Source: Calditrichia bacterium (GTDB lineage Bacteria > Calditrichota > Calditrichia > JAJRVZ01). Taken from it: 64,000 bases of DNA. The DNA lies in the NCBI GenBank assembly GCA_963777955.1, contig CAVZSQ010000022.1, positions 736,001 to 800,000 of the forward strand, given 5' to 3'. Made by a program: the position numbers and the translations under genes. The notes below the pieces were generated by a model. It was not told where the DNA came from. It was given only the letters and a program-made list of their open reading frames with translations, and did no database searches. Positions 1 to 9,750 of the stretch are shown in pieces. Within the stretch, counting starts at the first letter, position 1; each line of letters starts with the position of its first letter.

Positions 1-429
1 GGGCGGGGCAGTTTCAATCGTACTATAATTCTCAACGAAGGCAAGAATGTAATCACGGTAGTAGCCCGTGACCGCTCGGGAAACACCGCGGAAATAAGCC
101 AACCTCTGTTTCTGGATACAGTCAAACCAATCCTGACCATCACCGAACCGGTTCAGGATAAAGTATATATATACCAACCCCCGGCTCCGCCCAATTTAAG
201 TACTGCTGCAGCCGAGCAGCGCATCAGGGGGATGGTACTTGATCCGGAGCCCTCATCGGGGATCAAGCGCGTTGTCATCAATGGTAAAGAAATCAAACCA
301 AATTCCGACGGGTCATTCGAGACGACTATTCCGTTACAGCGGGGAGAAAACCGCCTGACTTTTATGGTCGAAGACCTGGCGGGCAATATTTTACGGGATA
401 ATTCGAAGACTGTGCGAATGCCGAAATAA
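1..429 (+). CDS. 3' end of a protein with tandem bacterial Ig-like (beta-sandwich) domains; partial, starts before the window
   Basis: Frame 1 is open from base 1 to TAA at 427-429. It has two similar repeats, FNRTIILNEGKNVITVVARDRSGN and FETTIPLQRGENRLTFMVEDLAGN, joined by a DTVKPILTITEP linker typical of Ig-like repeats. Confidence 0.7.
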   Translation, partial: GRGSFNRTIILNEGKNVITVVARDRSGNTAEISQPLFLDTVKPILTITEPVQDKVYIYQPPAPPNLSTAAAEQRIRGMVLDPEPSSGIKRVVINGKEIKPNSDGSFETTIPLQRGENRLTFMVEDLAGNILRDNSKTVRMPK

Positions 430-453
430 CAACAAAGCAGAAGGAGCAGCAGG

Positions 454-2184
454 GTGAAGCTCAGATTATTCTGGATGCTTATTTTGTGCCCGGCAATAGT
501 TCTGGCCCAGACGGGATTTGATTTGACCGGCAGAGTTTCTTTAAGAGTGCAGAATACCGGGTATGACCAGAGATCCGAAATCCGGCCTGACTCCATCAGT
601 ACAGCTCAGTATAGCCTGACCACACTGATTCCGGGTTTACAGCAGATGCTTAATATTTCGCTGTTCGGCCGGACCTCTTCGATGGATGTTACCTTTCTGG
701 CCGATCTCAAAAACAATGAGTGGAACCGGCTGAAAATTTCAGATTTCAACAGTATCCCCCGGCTATCACTATACGTGCACTGGAATAACCAGGATTTAAC
801 TGCCGGAGATTTTTTTGATTCCTATAGCGAATTGTTCATCCAGAGCCGTGAAGTACGAGGAGGAAAATACCGGATACAGGCGGATGATATCTGGGGAAAA
901 AATTCGATTCTGGAAGTTAATATTCTGGGCGGTATGGTGCAGAAAGCCATCGCTGAGGGCAGCCGCAGCACCGGCCTGTATAAACAATTCGAAACGACCG
1001 GCCAGTACCGTCGCTGGATGGGTGCCGGGATTGTTAAAATCGGACAACAAAATTATTTTGATCTTACCTTGAATTATCTGTATGGACGGGATCAGGAATC
1101 TTCTATCGATACCTCGCTTAATTTTCCGCTAAAAAATAATGTTTATGGCGGGTTGACTAATTTTTACCTGTGGGATAATAATATCCGTCTGTTCGCTGAA
1201 TTTTACCAGAGCAGCAAAGATACCCTGAAGTCAGGACAGGGCAAGGATCAGGCGTATTATGGTGGTTTTGATTTCCGCTACCGGACCTTTAATCTGATCA
1301 TGCTTTATGAAAAACTGGGGGCTGATTATTTTACGGTGGGCTATCCTTATCTGGAAAACGATAAACGGGGGATTAAGGGAAAAATGGATTATGCTTTTCC
1401 CGAATTCATTATCCTGAACACTGATTTTGAAATATATAAGGACAATCTGGATAAGCAGAGTTATCAACCGACCGCCGCCACATCGCTGCTCAATGCCGGA
1501 TTTACCACGCTAGTGGCTCGCTGGCCCGAATTGACCCTGCGCTATGGACTGCGTACGGATCAAAGCAAAACCATTTATGATCAGGACGACCAGCGGTTCA
1601 AAACTGATAAAACCACTACCAAACTGGAAGGCAGATTAACCTTTGATCTGGAGCGCAACCGGTTCGCTGTATCGGCAATCAAACTCGATCTGAAAGATCG
1701 CAGCCTGCTCGGTTCAACCCTGCCCCTGAGTACCAATCAATTTATTACCAGCCTGACATTTTATTCTTCGGCCTTGACCGATTTGTTTCTTAGCGTCGGT
1801 GCGGTGCACAGTTATATGCGGCTTTCGAATGATCAGAAAAATATCAACCTGTACATCTATGAAACCAATCGCTGGAATATCATTCCCCGGCGCTTATTAC
1901 TGGAATCAACTCTGACCATGATCCGGAATGATGCCAGCGGCGGAGGTACCCAGGACGTATTGAACGATTATTTTACACTGCTTGGTGAAATTTCATTCGA
2001 ATATTTCTTCAGTACTCAAATGTCTTTTAAAGTTATTGTGGGCACGGATAATAAAAAGTATAAATATACTCCGGACGAGGCCCGGCAAATCATAGCTGAT
2101 CCTGAATACGGGCCTACTTATTTTAATGGTGCTGAAACGTACCGGGCCTTGATAGTCGGCGGAGAAATAAACTGGATCTTTTAA
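454..2184 (+). CDS. Putative outer-membrane beta-barrel protein, 576 aa
   Basis: Signal peptide ending AIVLA-Q, alternating amphipathic beta-strand patterns, C-terminal GGEINWIF (terminal Phe, BAM-type signal). GGAG SD precedes a GTG start. Confidence 0.65.
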   Translation: MKLRLFWMLILCPAIVLAQTGFDLTGRVSLRVQNTGYDQRSEIRPDSISTAQYSLTTLIPGLQQMLNISLFGRTSSMDVTFLADLKNNEWNRLKISDFNSIPRLSLYVHWNNQDLTAGDFFDSYSELFIQSREVRGGKYRIQADDIWGKNSILEVNILGGMVQKAIAEGSRSTGLYKQFETTGQYRRWMGAGIVKIGQQNYFDLTLNYLYGRDQESSIDTSLNFPLKNNVYGGLTNFYLWDNNIRLFAEFYQSSKDTLKSGQGKDQAYYGGFDFRYRTFNLIMLYEKLGADYFTVGYPYLENDKRGIKGKMDYAFPEFIILNTDFEIYKDNLDKQSYQPTAATSLLNAGFTTLVARWPELTLRYGLRTDQSKTIYDQDDQRFKTDKTTTKLEGRLTFDLERNRFAVSAIKLDLKDRSLLGSTLPLSTNQFITSLTFYSSALTDLFLSVGAVHSYMRLSNDQKNINLYIYETNRWNIIPRRLLLESTLTMIRNDASGGGTQDVLNDYFTLLGEISFEYFFSTQMSFKVIVGTDNKKYKYTPDEARQIIADPEYGPTYFNGAETYRALIVGGEINWIF

Positions 2185-2237
2185 ATCTGTGCGATTTCAC
2201 TGAAATGTTCGATATCATAGATGTAAATGACCATAAA

Positions 2238-2274
2238 ATAAAAATCCCCTGCAACTATGGCAGGGGATTTTTAT
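2238..2274. terminator. Bidirectional intrinsic terminator between convergent genes
   Basis: ATAAAAATCCCCTGC-aactatg-GCAGGGGATTTTTAT: perfect inverted repeat with A/T tails on both sides. Confidence 0.85.
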
Positions 2275-2319
2275 TATAACCGGTTTACGGATGACGGTGC
2301 GAATGAGTCGGTGATTGAT

Positions 2320-3321
2320 TTATGGTAAATATTTTTTAGTCGTCTTGCCGTCAGCCATCTTAAAACCCAGATATTCCACTTTTTTGCCGGAAGGTACCTT
2401 GAAGGCCAAAATTCCCGATGTATCCCCCGGACGTATATTCCCGCCCTTAAATTTATTAGCGGCGAATTTGGCATCCATAAATGCTCTGTCCGGAGAGTAG
2501 GTATTTCCCTCGGTGTCGGTCAGGATGAAATTATTCAATTCTACCGGTACCGGATCGGCCAGGTGATTACGCAGGGTGACATCAACGACCCAATCACCTT
2601 CCAGAGGTTTGTACTCGACAATAGCCAGGGCCAGATCATCCTTGATATTGGGAACAGCCAGAGTCTCTTTGCGGACCTGAGCCAGCAGTTTTTTTGCTTC
2701 CTCGTTATAAATATCGAATTCATTTGCCTTTCTAAAATAATATTCGGCGTTGAAACACAGATCCATATTATTTTGCTTTTTACCCTGGGTATAAAGTTCT
2801 TTGCCTTTATCCAGCATTTTCTGGAAGTTCTCGGTTTTAACCACGGTCAGTAAACTCTCAGCGCTGGTATTGTTCTGATCGTTGTAGATCGCATCCTCCA
2901 TGTAGGCAATCGCTTTATTGAGAAAATCTTCCTTCTCAATGTCATTCTGCGGTTTGGAATTCATATAACCCCGCGCCAGCGTCAACAATAATTTGCTGTA
3001 ACTTTTCTTGAAATCTTCACCGGGATTCTCGGGAATATAGGTCAGAGCTTTATCATAATTGCCGCTGAAGGATTTGATGTTATTGCTTTTCTGGTAAAGT
3101 TCCTGGCCGCGGTGCATGTAACCCAGGGCGATTTTTTCGTTGACGGATTGATCCTGCGGATTCTTAGCCCTGGCTTCCAGAAATAATTTCAGAGCCTGAG
3201 CATAATTACCGGACTCGAATGCTTTATTTGCCTCAGCGACCGGATCACTGCCGCAATACAGATTTAATAAGGCAAAAGAGAAAACAATAACCACATAAAA
3301 CAATTTTTTAAAGAGTTTCAT
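2320..3321 (-). CDS. TPR-repeat lipoprotein with a C-terminal DUF4352-like Ig domain, 333 aa
   Basis: Start reassigned to ATG 3321, preceded by GGAGGTATC. MKLFKKLFYVVIVFSFALLNLY-C looks like a lipoprotein signal. TPR helices follow, then VVDVTLRN...NFILTDTEGNTYSP...GILAFKVP, resembling DUF4352. Confidence 0.65.
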   Translation of the reverse strand: MKLFKKLFYVVIVFSFALLNLYCGSDPVAEANKAFESGNYAQALKLFLEARAKNPQDQSVNEKIALGYMHRGQELYQKSNNIKSFSGNYDKALTYIPENPGEDFKKSYSKLLLTLARGYMNSKPQNDIEKEDFLNKAIAYMEDAIYNDQNNTSAESLLTVVKTENFQKMLDKGKELYTQGKKQNNMDLCFNAEYYFRKANEFDIYNEEAKKLLAQVRKETLAVPNIKDDLALAIVEYKPLEGDWVVDVTLRNHLADPVPVELNNFILTDTEGNTYSPDRAFMDAKFAANKFKGGNIRPGDTSGILAFKVPSGKKVEYLGFKMADGKTTKKYLP

Positions 3322-3539
3322 GATACCTCCCCACTTGGAAATCGGAATTTTTATCTCTAGTATCGGCTTTCGCCGGATAAAGTTTAAAGAAAACCCTGAT
3401 ATTTGATGAGGAAAACCGGCAGTTCTTGATTCCTGGTTGCGATCCCGGAATCTGGCATGCCTTATGCAAAGAACAGCAGAGTTGATGGCCCGGGAATACA
3501 AATAATTGAAATTGCTGCTGATGTGAAAATTTTGATTTA

Positions 3540-5966
3540 ATGCGAGAATTACACCGGAAGAATCCACTGATCATTGTTGTAGTTATTTTTGCCGCCGGCA
3601 TACTGGCCGGTCGATTCATCCTGCCTTACCCCCTCTCTGTGCACTTATTGCTTCTATCGATCTGTCCTGCGCTTTTAACCTGGCGTTATAACCGGTTTCA
3701 AAAATTCAATGTGATATGGATCCTTGCCGGACTTCTACTGGCAGGTGCCTTGCGTTTCCAGCTGGCTGCCGGACTGCTCCCGGTCCAACATTTATATAAC
3801 GTCGTAGATCTGCAGCATATTGAATGGGTACAGGTCACGGTCCTGGAAACGCACTATACCAGAACAGGTAATGACCGCTACCTGTTAACCGCAGACAGTA
3901 TCAAACAGGGCGGAAAAACCAAGACGGTGTGTGGTAAAATACTGATGCAGATACCTGCCGGTGCTGTCACGTACAAGTATGGCCAGAAATTGCAAATATT
4001 TGGCCGGCTGGACTTGCCGCCGGCCCGACGCAATCCGGGCCAGTTTTGTTACCGGACTTATTTAGCCAGCCAGGATATCTACCATTATTATGGTTATGAG
4101 CAAGTCGATTCCATCCTGTATCTGGGCGAGGGTAAAAAGAACTGGTTTATTGACAGGGTGATCAATCCACTGCGGGATTATTGTTCCCGGCACTTTGATC
4201 GTAATTTAAATCCCGACACTGCCGGGTTGTTAAATGCTTTAATCACGGGTGAGAAACAGGATTTGAGTCAGGAGACAGTTACTTATTTCAGGGAGTTGGG
4301 CGTCATCCATGTACTGGCCATCTCAGGATTACATGTGGCCTATATCATCCTTTTTGTCTTTACCCTGTTTGCTGTTCTGCGCTTTTCCCGGAAATATAAG
4401 TTGCTGGGATTAAGCCTGGTGCTGATCATCTATATTACCCTGGTTCGTTTTATCTCACCGGTCCTGCGCTCGGCCATAATGGCGATTCTGTTTTTAGCTG
4501 GAGAATACAGCGAGCGCAAAATCTCTGCCTATAATATCCTGGCCGGTGCTGCTCTGCTGATCCTGCTCTGGGAACCGCGTGAATTATTTCAGGTCGGTTT
4601 TCAATTTTCATTTCTGGGAGTACTGGCCCTGATCTATGGACCGGCCAGGGTGGAACAGTTGTTGCCCCTGCGCAAATGGCTGTTGAACAAGTTTCCGGTC
4701 AATGCGGGGATTAAATATTTCCTGAAATGGATCTGGACTCCCCTGCAGATCTCACTGGCAGCGGTACTGATCAATATCCCGCTGACTATGTACTACTATG
4801 GAGCCATACCCACCTATGCGGTCATCGCCAATCTGTTTGTCATACCTGTGGTCGGCATCATCGTCTTTCTGGGAATTTTCCTGCTGCTCAGTGCAGGTTT
4901 CAGTTACTCGCTGGCCGCCGGAATCGGCGACTTGATCAATTTACTTGATCTTGTCCTGATGCAAATTGTCAAGATCCTGTCCGGATTTCCCTGGTGTTAT
5001 GTCGATGTCCCTTACCCCGGCTTCTGGTCAGTATTGCTTTGGACCATCGCTTCTTTCCTGTTGTTGAATATTAAAAATACCAGAGCCCGGAAAATCCTGT
5101 TGGTGGTTCTGACGCTCCAGATCATCTATCTGATCTGTATCCCCGGAAGATATGCAACACCACGATTACAGGTAACATTTCTGGATGTCGGACAGGGGGA
5201 TGCAGCCTGCCTGATCTTCCCTAATAGACAAATGATGCTGATTGACGCCGGGGACAAATTCGAAAAATGGGATTCCGGTCTGAATACAGTGTTACCTTTT
5301 TTGAAATATTCAGGCCGGAGTCTGCATCTGCAGTACGTAGTGGTCTCGCACCCTCATGATGATCACATTGCCGGTTTAGCTGCCCTGCTGCAAAAAGTCA
5401 GGGTGGATACCCTGATTACCAGCCGCTATCGTTATCCTTCACTGGTTTACACAGAATTATTATCGCTATGCCGGAAACAAAATATTTTTGTCCGCCGGGT
5501 GCAGAAAGGGGATTGTTTATATCCCGATCCATCCTGCCGCGCGTATATTTTGCATCCGGATAGCCAGTTCACCACGGCAAGTCGCCAGGATGGTGCTACC
5601 TGTAATAATAATTCTGTTGTATTAAAAGTTCAATACGGGCAGAACAGTATCCTGTTCAGCGGGGATTCACAACTGGAAGCCGAAGCGGGTATTCTGTTTT
5701 ATGAGGATTTTCTGGAGAGCGAAATTCTGAAGGTGGCGCATCATGGAGCAGCGAATGCGACATCTCTCAATCTGTTGAAAAAGGTACAGCCTTTATGCGG
5801 GATTATCTCCGTAGCCAGCAGGAATAAATTCAAACATCCCTCAGCGTATACGCTGGACCGGTTTCATGAGATGGGTATCCCGTTGTTCCAGACCAGCAGT
5901 GAGGGAGCCATCATTTTTGAAATCGGACTGGAACAAGTCAGAAAAGTAAACTGGCGGCGCTATTGA
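3540..5966 (+). CDS. comEC: DNA internalization competence protein ComEC/Rec2
   Basis: OB-like region with RNPGQFCYRTYL, competence domain HVLAISGLHV and GFQFSF, metallo-beta-lactamase domain FLDVGQGDA, SHPHDDH, KVAHHG, HPS. Confidence 0.95.
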   Translation: MRELHRKNPLIIVVVIFAAGILAGRFILPYPLSVHLLLLSICPALLTWRYNRFQKFNVIWILAGLLLAGALRFQLAAGLLPVQHLYNVVDLQHIEWVQVTVLETHYTRTGNDRYLLTADSIKQGGKTKTVCGKILMQIPAGAVTYKYGQKLQIFGRLDLPPARRNPGQFCYRTYLASQDIYHYYGYEQVDSILYLGEGKKNWFIDRVINPLRDYCSRHFDRNLNPDTAGLLNALITGEKQDLSQETVTYFRELGVIHVLAISGLHVAYIILFVFTLFAVLRFSRKYKLLGLSLVLIIYITLVRFISPVLRSAIMAILFLAGEYSERKISAYNILAGAALLILLWEPRELFQVGFQFSFLGVLALIYGPARVEQLLPLRKWLLNKFPVNAGIKYFLKWIWTPLQISLAAVLINIPLTMYYYGAIPTYAVIANLFVIPVVGIIVFLGIFLLLSAGFSYSLAAGIGDLINLLDLVLMQIVKILSGFPWCYVDVPYPGFWSVLLWTIASFLLLNIKNTRARKILLVVLTLQIIYLICIPGRYATPRLQVTFLDVGQGDAACLIFPNRQMMLIDAGDKFEKWDSGLNTVLPFLKYSGRSLHLQYVVVSHPHDDHIAGLAALLQKVRVDTLITSRYRYPSLVYTELLSLCRKQNIFVRRVQKGDCLYPDPSCRAYILHPDSQFTTASRQDGATCNNNSVVLKVQYGQNSILFSGDSQLEAEAGILFYEDFLESEILKVAHHGAANATSLNLLKKVQPLCGIISVASRNKFKHPSAYTLDRFHEMGIPLFQTSSEGAIIFEIGLEQVRKVNWRRY

Positions 5967-6031
5967 AAGCCTGCGGGATATTATCACTTTAAAATTGATA
6001 TTGTCATTTTGAGTAAGTAAAATTTAAAACG

Positions 6032-6659
6032 ATGGATAGACCTCAGAATAATTTTATCCGGGCGATTATATTTGACCTGGGCAGGGTACTGGTCCAGGTG
6101 AATTTGAAGAGCGGATTATACCGCTGCTATTACGGCGACGACCAGGTGGGGGATCATGAAATTCTGGATAAAATTTTTCAAAATGAGATATTTGTTGCAT
6201 TTAGCACCGGTAAAATAAAACCACCAGATCTTTACCAATTACTAATTACCAATTACAAGTTGAATATGTCATTTGATAAAGTTCGTCCAGGAATGGTGTG
6301 TAATCCTTTCGCCGATGGCGGGAATGCCTGAACTGGTAGCAGAACTTGCGGAGCGATATTCCCTGGGTATCCTGTCGGATACGGATCCGTTGCACTGGCA
6401 GTATTGTCTTGAGCAATTTCCCTTATTGCATCTGTTCGCCAAACCGACCCTGAGTTTTCAAACCGGTTTGTTAAAACCGGATCCGCAATGTTACAGCCTG
6501 GCTGCTCATAACACCGCTGGCACACCTGTGGAATCCTGCCTGTTCATTGATGATCGTGAGGAAAATGTGATCGGTGCCAGAAAGGCTGGTATGAAGGCGC
6601 TGCAGTTTACCGACCTGGCCTCACTGCGCCGGGACTTAAACAATTTGCATATTTTATAA
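6032..6659 (+). CDS. HAD-superfamily (IA) phosphatase; one +1 frameshift near 6278
   Basis: Motif I IIFDLGRVL lies in ORF 6032-6331; LSDT, KPDP and LFIDDREENV lie in ORF 6273-6659. Removing one base at GATAAAGTTC joins them. Confidence 0.8.
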
Positions 6660-6672
6660 GACAGGAGATATC

Positions 6673-9339
6673 ATGATTAATATGGTAAAGTCACAACAAA
6701 GATATCATCTATTTGCCGGCTTTGCTTGTCTAATACTGGTATTATGTCTGATTGGATCATTATCTGCCCAGAATGAACCAATGCGACCAGAACAATTCTT
6801 TGGTTTTACACCGGGCAGTGACGGGAAACTTTTCAATTACGAGGAATTAATTAACTACCTGAATAAACTTGATCAGATAAGTCCACGGTTGAAAATGGAA
6901 CAAATCGGGGAAAGTCCGCTGGGCAAACCGATGTACATCTGTTTCATTTCAACCGAAAGCAATATCGAGAATCTGGAACAATTAAGAGAAATCAATCGAA
7001 ATCTGGCCCTGGAACCGGATCTAAGTGTCCAGGCGAAGGCAGATCTCATTGCCGGGGGGAAAGTTTTTGTACTGGCTACCTTATCCATGCATTCAGATGA
7101 AGTCGGTCCGGCACAAAGTTTACCGCTGCTGGCATATGACCTGGCCACTACTCAGGATCCTTTGCTGCTACAAAGGATGAATGAAGTTGTACTGATGATG
7201 GTGCCCAATCATAATCCCGACGGTATGGACATGATTGTAGAACATTATAAGAAATACAAGGGTACTAAATATGAAACCAGTGATATGCCCGGTATTTACC
7301 ACAAGTATGTCGGTCATGATAACAACCGCGACTTTATCACACTGACTCAGAGCGATACCAGGGCCATCGCCGCAATATATAATAAAACCTGGTTCCCGCA
7401 GGTGATGGTGGAGAAACATCAGATGGGTTACAGCGGCCCGCGTTTATTTGTGCCTCCGGTGCACGATCCGATTGCCGAGAATGTCGATGCCGGCATCTGG
7501 AACTGGACCGGTATATTCGGATCGAATCTTATCACCGATCTGACCGCCAGAGGGTTGTCAGGAATATCCCAGCACTTTCTGTTCGATGATTACTGGCCGG
7601 GTTCGACGGAAACCTGTATCTGGAAAAATGTAATCGGTTTTTTGACCGAGGCGGCCAGTGTTTATTATGCCACCCCGATTTACGTGGAACCGACCGAACT
7701 GAAAGTATACGGCAAAGGACTTTCGGAATACAAGAAGAGTATCAACATGCCGCTGCCCTGGCCGGGCGGCTGGTGGCGTCTGGCTGATATTGTGAAACTG
7801 GAATACGAATCGATGCTATCGATCCTGAAAACTGCTGCCCTGAACAAAAATGATATTTTAAAATACCGTAATGATCTCTGTCAGAAGGAAGTTCATCTTG
7901 GGAAAACAGTACCGCCGTACTATTATATCCTGCCCATTAAGCAGCATGACATGGGCGAATTTGTAGAGTTGACGAATTTACTGCTGAGGCATGGAGTGGG
8001 TTACTACTGGTTGACCAGGGATATAACGGTACAAGATCGTACTTACCAGAAAGGGGATATTGTAATTCCTTTGGCTCAGCCATTTCGTTCATTCATTAAG
8101 GAGGTCATGGAAAGACAGGTATATCCGGTACGGCATTATACGCCGGGGGGAGAAATAATTAAACCATACGATATAACCAGCTGGTGTTTACCTTTGCATC
8201 GTGGTCTAAAATCAATTGAAATCAACACAGTTATTCCTGAATTGGAGCATGCCTTAACCGATACAATTAAAATGCGTTATCTCGAGCTGCCGGAATCTGG
8301 GCAATTCTGGGCTGCTGTATTACCCGCTGAACTTAACCGGAGTTATGGTTTGGTATTCCAGGCTTTACAAGCCGGCCTTAAGGTAGATCGAATTGTCGAA
8401 GATCTGCGAACGGATTCAAGTACATTCAGTCAGGGGAGTTTCCTGATTTATTATGATTCTGCTAAGAGAAAAAGTAATAGATCGTCTCTTGTATAAAACG
8501 CCTTCGGCCTGCCATATTGAGTAAGCCGACTAAATTGTAAAACTAAACCACTGACAATGCCAAGAATCGCCCTGCTGGAGACTTATTTCCATGACATGGA
8601 TGCCGGCTGGACACGGTTTGTGTTCGATGATTATTCCATACCTTTCAAGGTAATCCGGCCGGGTGATTTTAAGAAGACCGATCTGAGTAAAAACTTTGAT
8701 GTAATCGTATTTCCTGATAATGATAAATCTATCCTGATGGAAGGCAAGTGGAAGCCTGGCGAGGGCGAAGATTATTACCTCAGCAGTTATCCTCCCGAAT
8801 ATACGGAAGGAATCGGGAAGGAAGGATTTCAAAAAATACTGAAGTTTATCGAGCAGGGGGGAATCATAGTTTCCTGGGGTAATTCGACAGACCTGTTTAA
8901 AGGTTTATTGACCCGGGAGATAACGAAGGACAAAAAAGAAGAGTTCCGTTTACCCTTTAATAATATAGGTCCGGAGTTAAAAAAGGCCGGACTGTATTGT
9001 CCGGGTTCGCTGGTCAAGATGCAACTGTTACCCGGGCATATGCTCACTTATGGTATGCCGGCTGAGGTCGGTGTATTCTTCAGAGGAGATCCGGTTTTTA
9101 CAACTTCCATACCTGAATTCGATATGGATCGCCGCGTGATCGGTAAATTTCCTGAAGCTGATATTTTATTGAGTGGTTACGCGGAGCAGCTGGAAAAATT
9201 GGCCAATCGCGGGGCACTGCTCTGGTTAAAGAAAGGGCAGGGACAATTAGTGCTGATGGGTTTTAATCCCCAGTTCCGCGCTTCCACCAGCGCAACATAT
9301 AAAATTTTATTCAATGCTTTGCTTTTAAAACGAGGATAA
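6673..9339 (+). CDS. Secreted M14-family zinc carboxypeptidase with a C-terminal class-I GATase-like domain; interrupted by several indels at about 8465-8540
   Basis: Signal peptide, SMHSDEVG (HxxE), NPDG, HDNNRD, EKHQMG, and PYDITSWCLPL. ORF 8557-9339 carries the usual C-terminal part (DAGWTRFVFD, GFNPQFRA). Confidence 0.8.
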
Positions 9340-9552
9340 AAAATTATAAACTGTTGGACTTTTTAAAGTTATCATAATTTTTATCATATTATAAATCCAT
9401 CCTTTAATCCAGCTGCTTTTGCAGGCGGGATGTCTTATAGCACAAAATTGTCATTCCGAATCATCCGACGGCTAATTGCCGCCTGCCTGGTGGCATTGTA
9501 TTTCTTCAGGATTTCGGTAACAAAAATTAACTAATGTATTATTACAGGATTT

Positions 9553-9635
9553 TTCCCCCTTAGAAAAGGGGGTAAGGGGGTTGTTTTACATAACTGATAT
9601 AATACAACCCCCTAACCCCCTTTAATAAGGGGGAA
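9553..9635. repeat. REP-like palindromic doublet: two 32-nt arms in inverted orientation, each with an internal hairpin
   Basis: Left arm 9553-9584 TTCCCCCTTAGAAAAGGGGGTAAGGGGGTTGT versus reverse complement of 9604-9635 TTCCCCCTTATTAAAGGGGGTTAGGGGGTTGT: 29/32 identical. Confidence 0.8.
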
Positions 9636-9750
9636 TAGAATCGCTTTTTATTTCTATAAAATACCTGTCAATCGACCTGTACAGAAACAGTCATTAATGT
9701 AAATAAAACTAAAATAATCGAAAATATGTACGAAAATTTATATAGAATCA

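Noticed and set aside
3322..3567. 82-aa N-terminal extension of the minus-strand ORF 2320..3567
   Set aside because: It overlaps the comEC start, and a GGAGG SD plus a lipoprotein signal peptide point to ATG 3321 as the real start.
9553..9635. G-quadruplex or CRISPR repeat interpretation of the G/C-run element
   Set aside because: Each strand has only three G5 runs, and there are no direct repeats with spacers or cas genes. Hairpin pairing explains the pattern.
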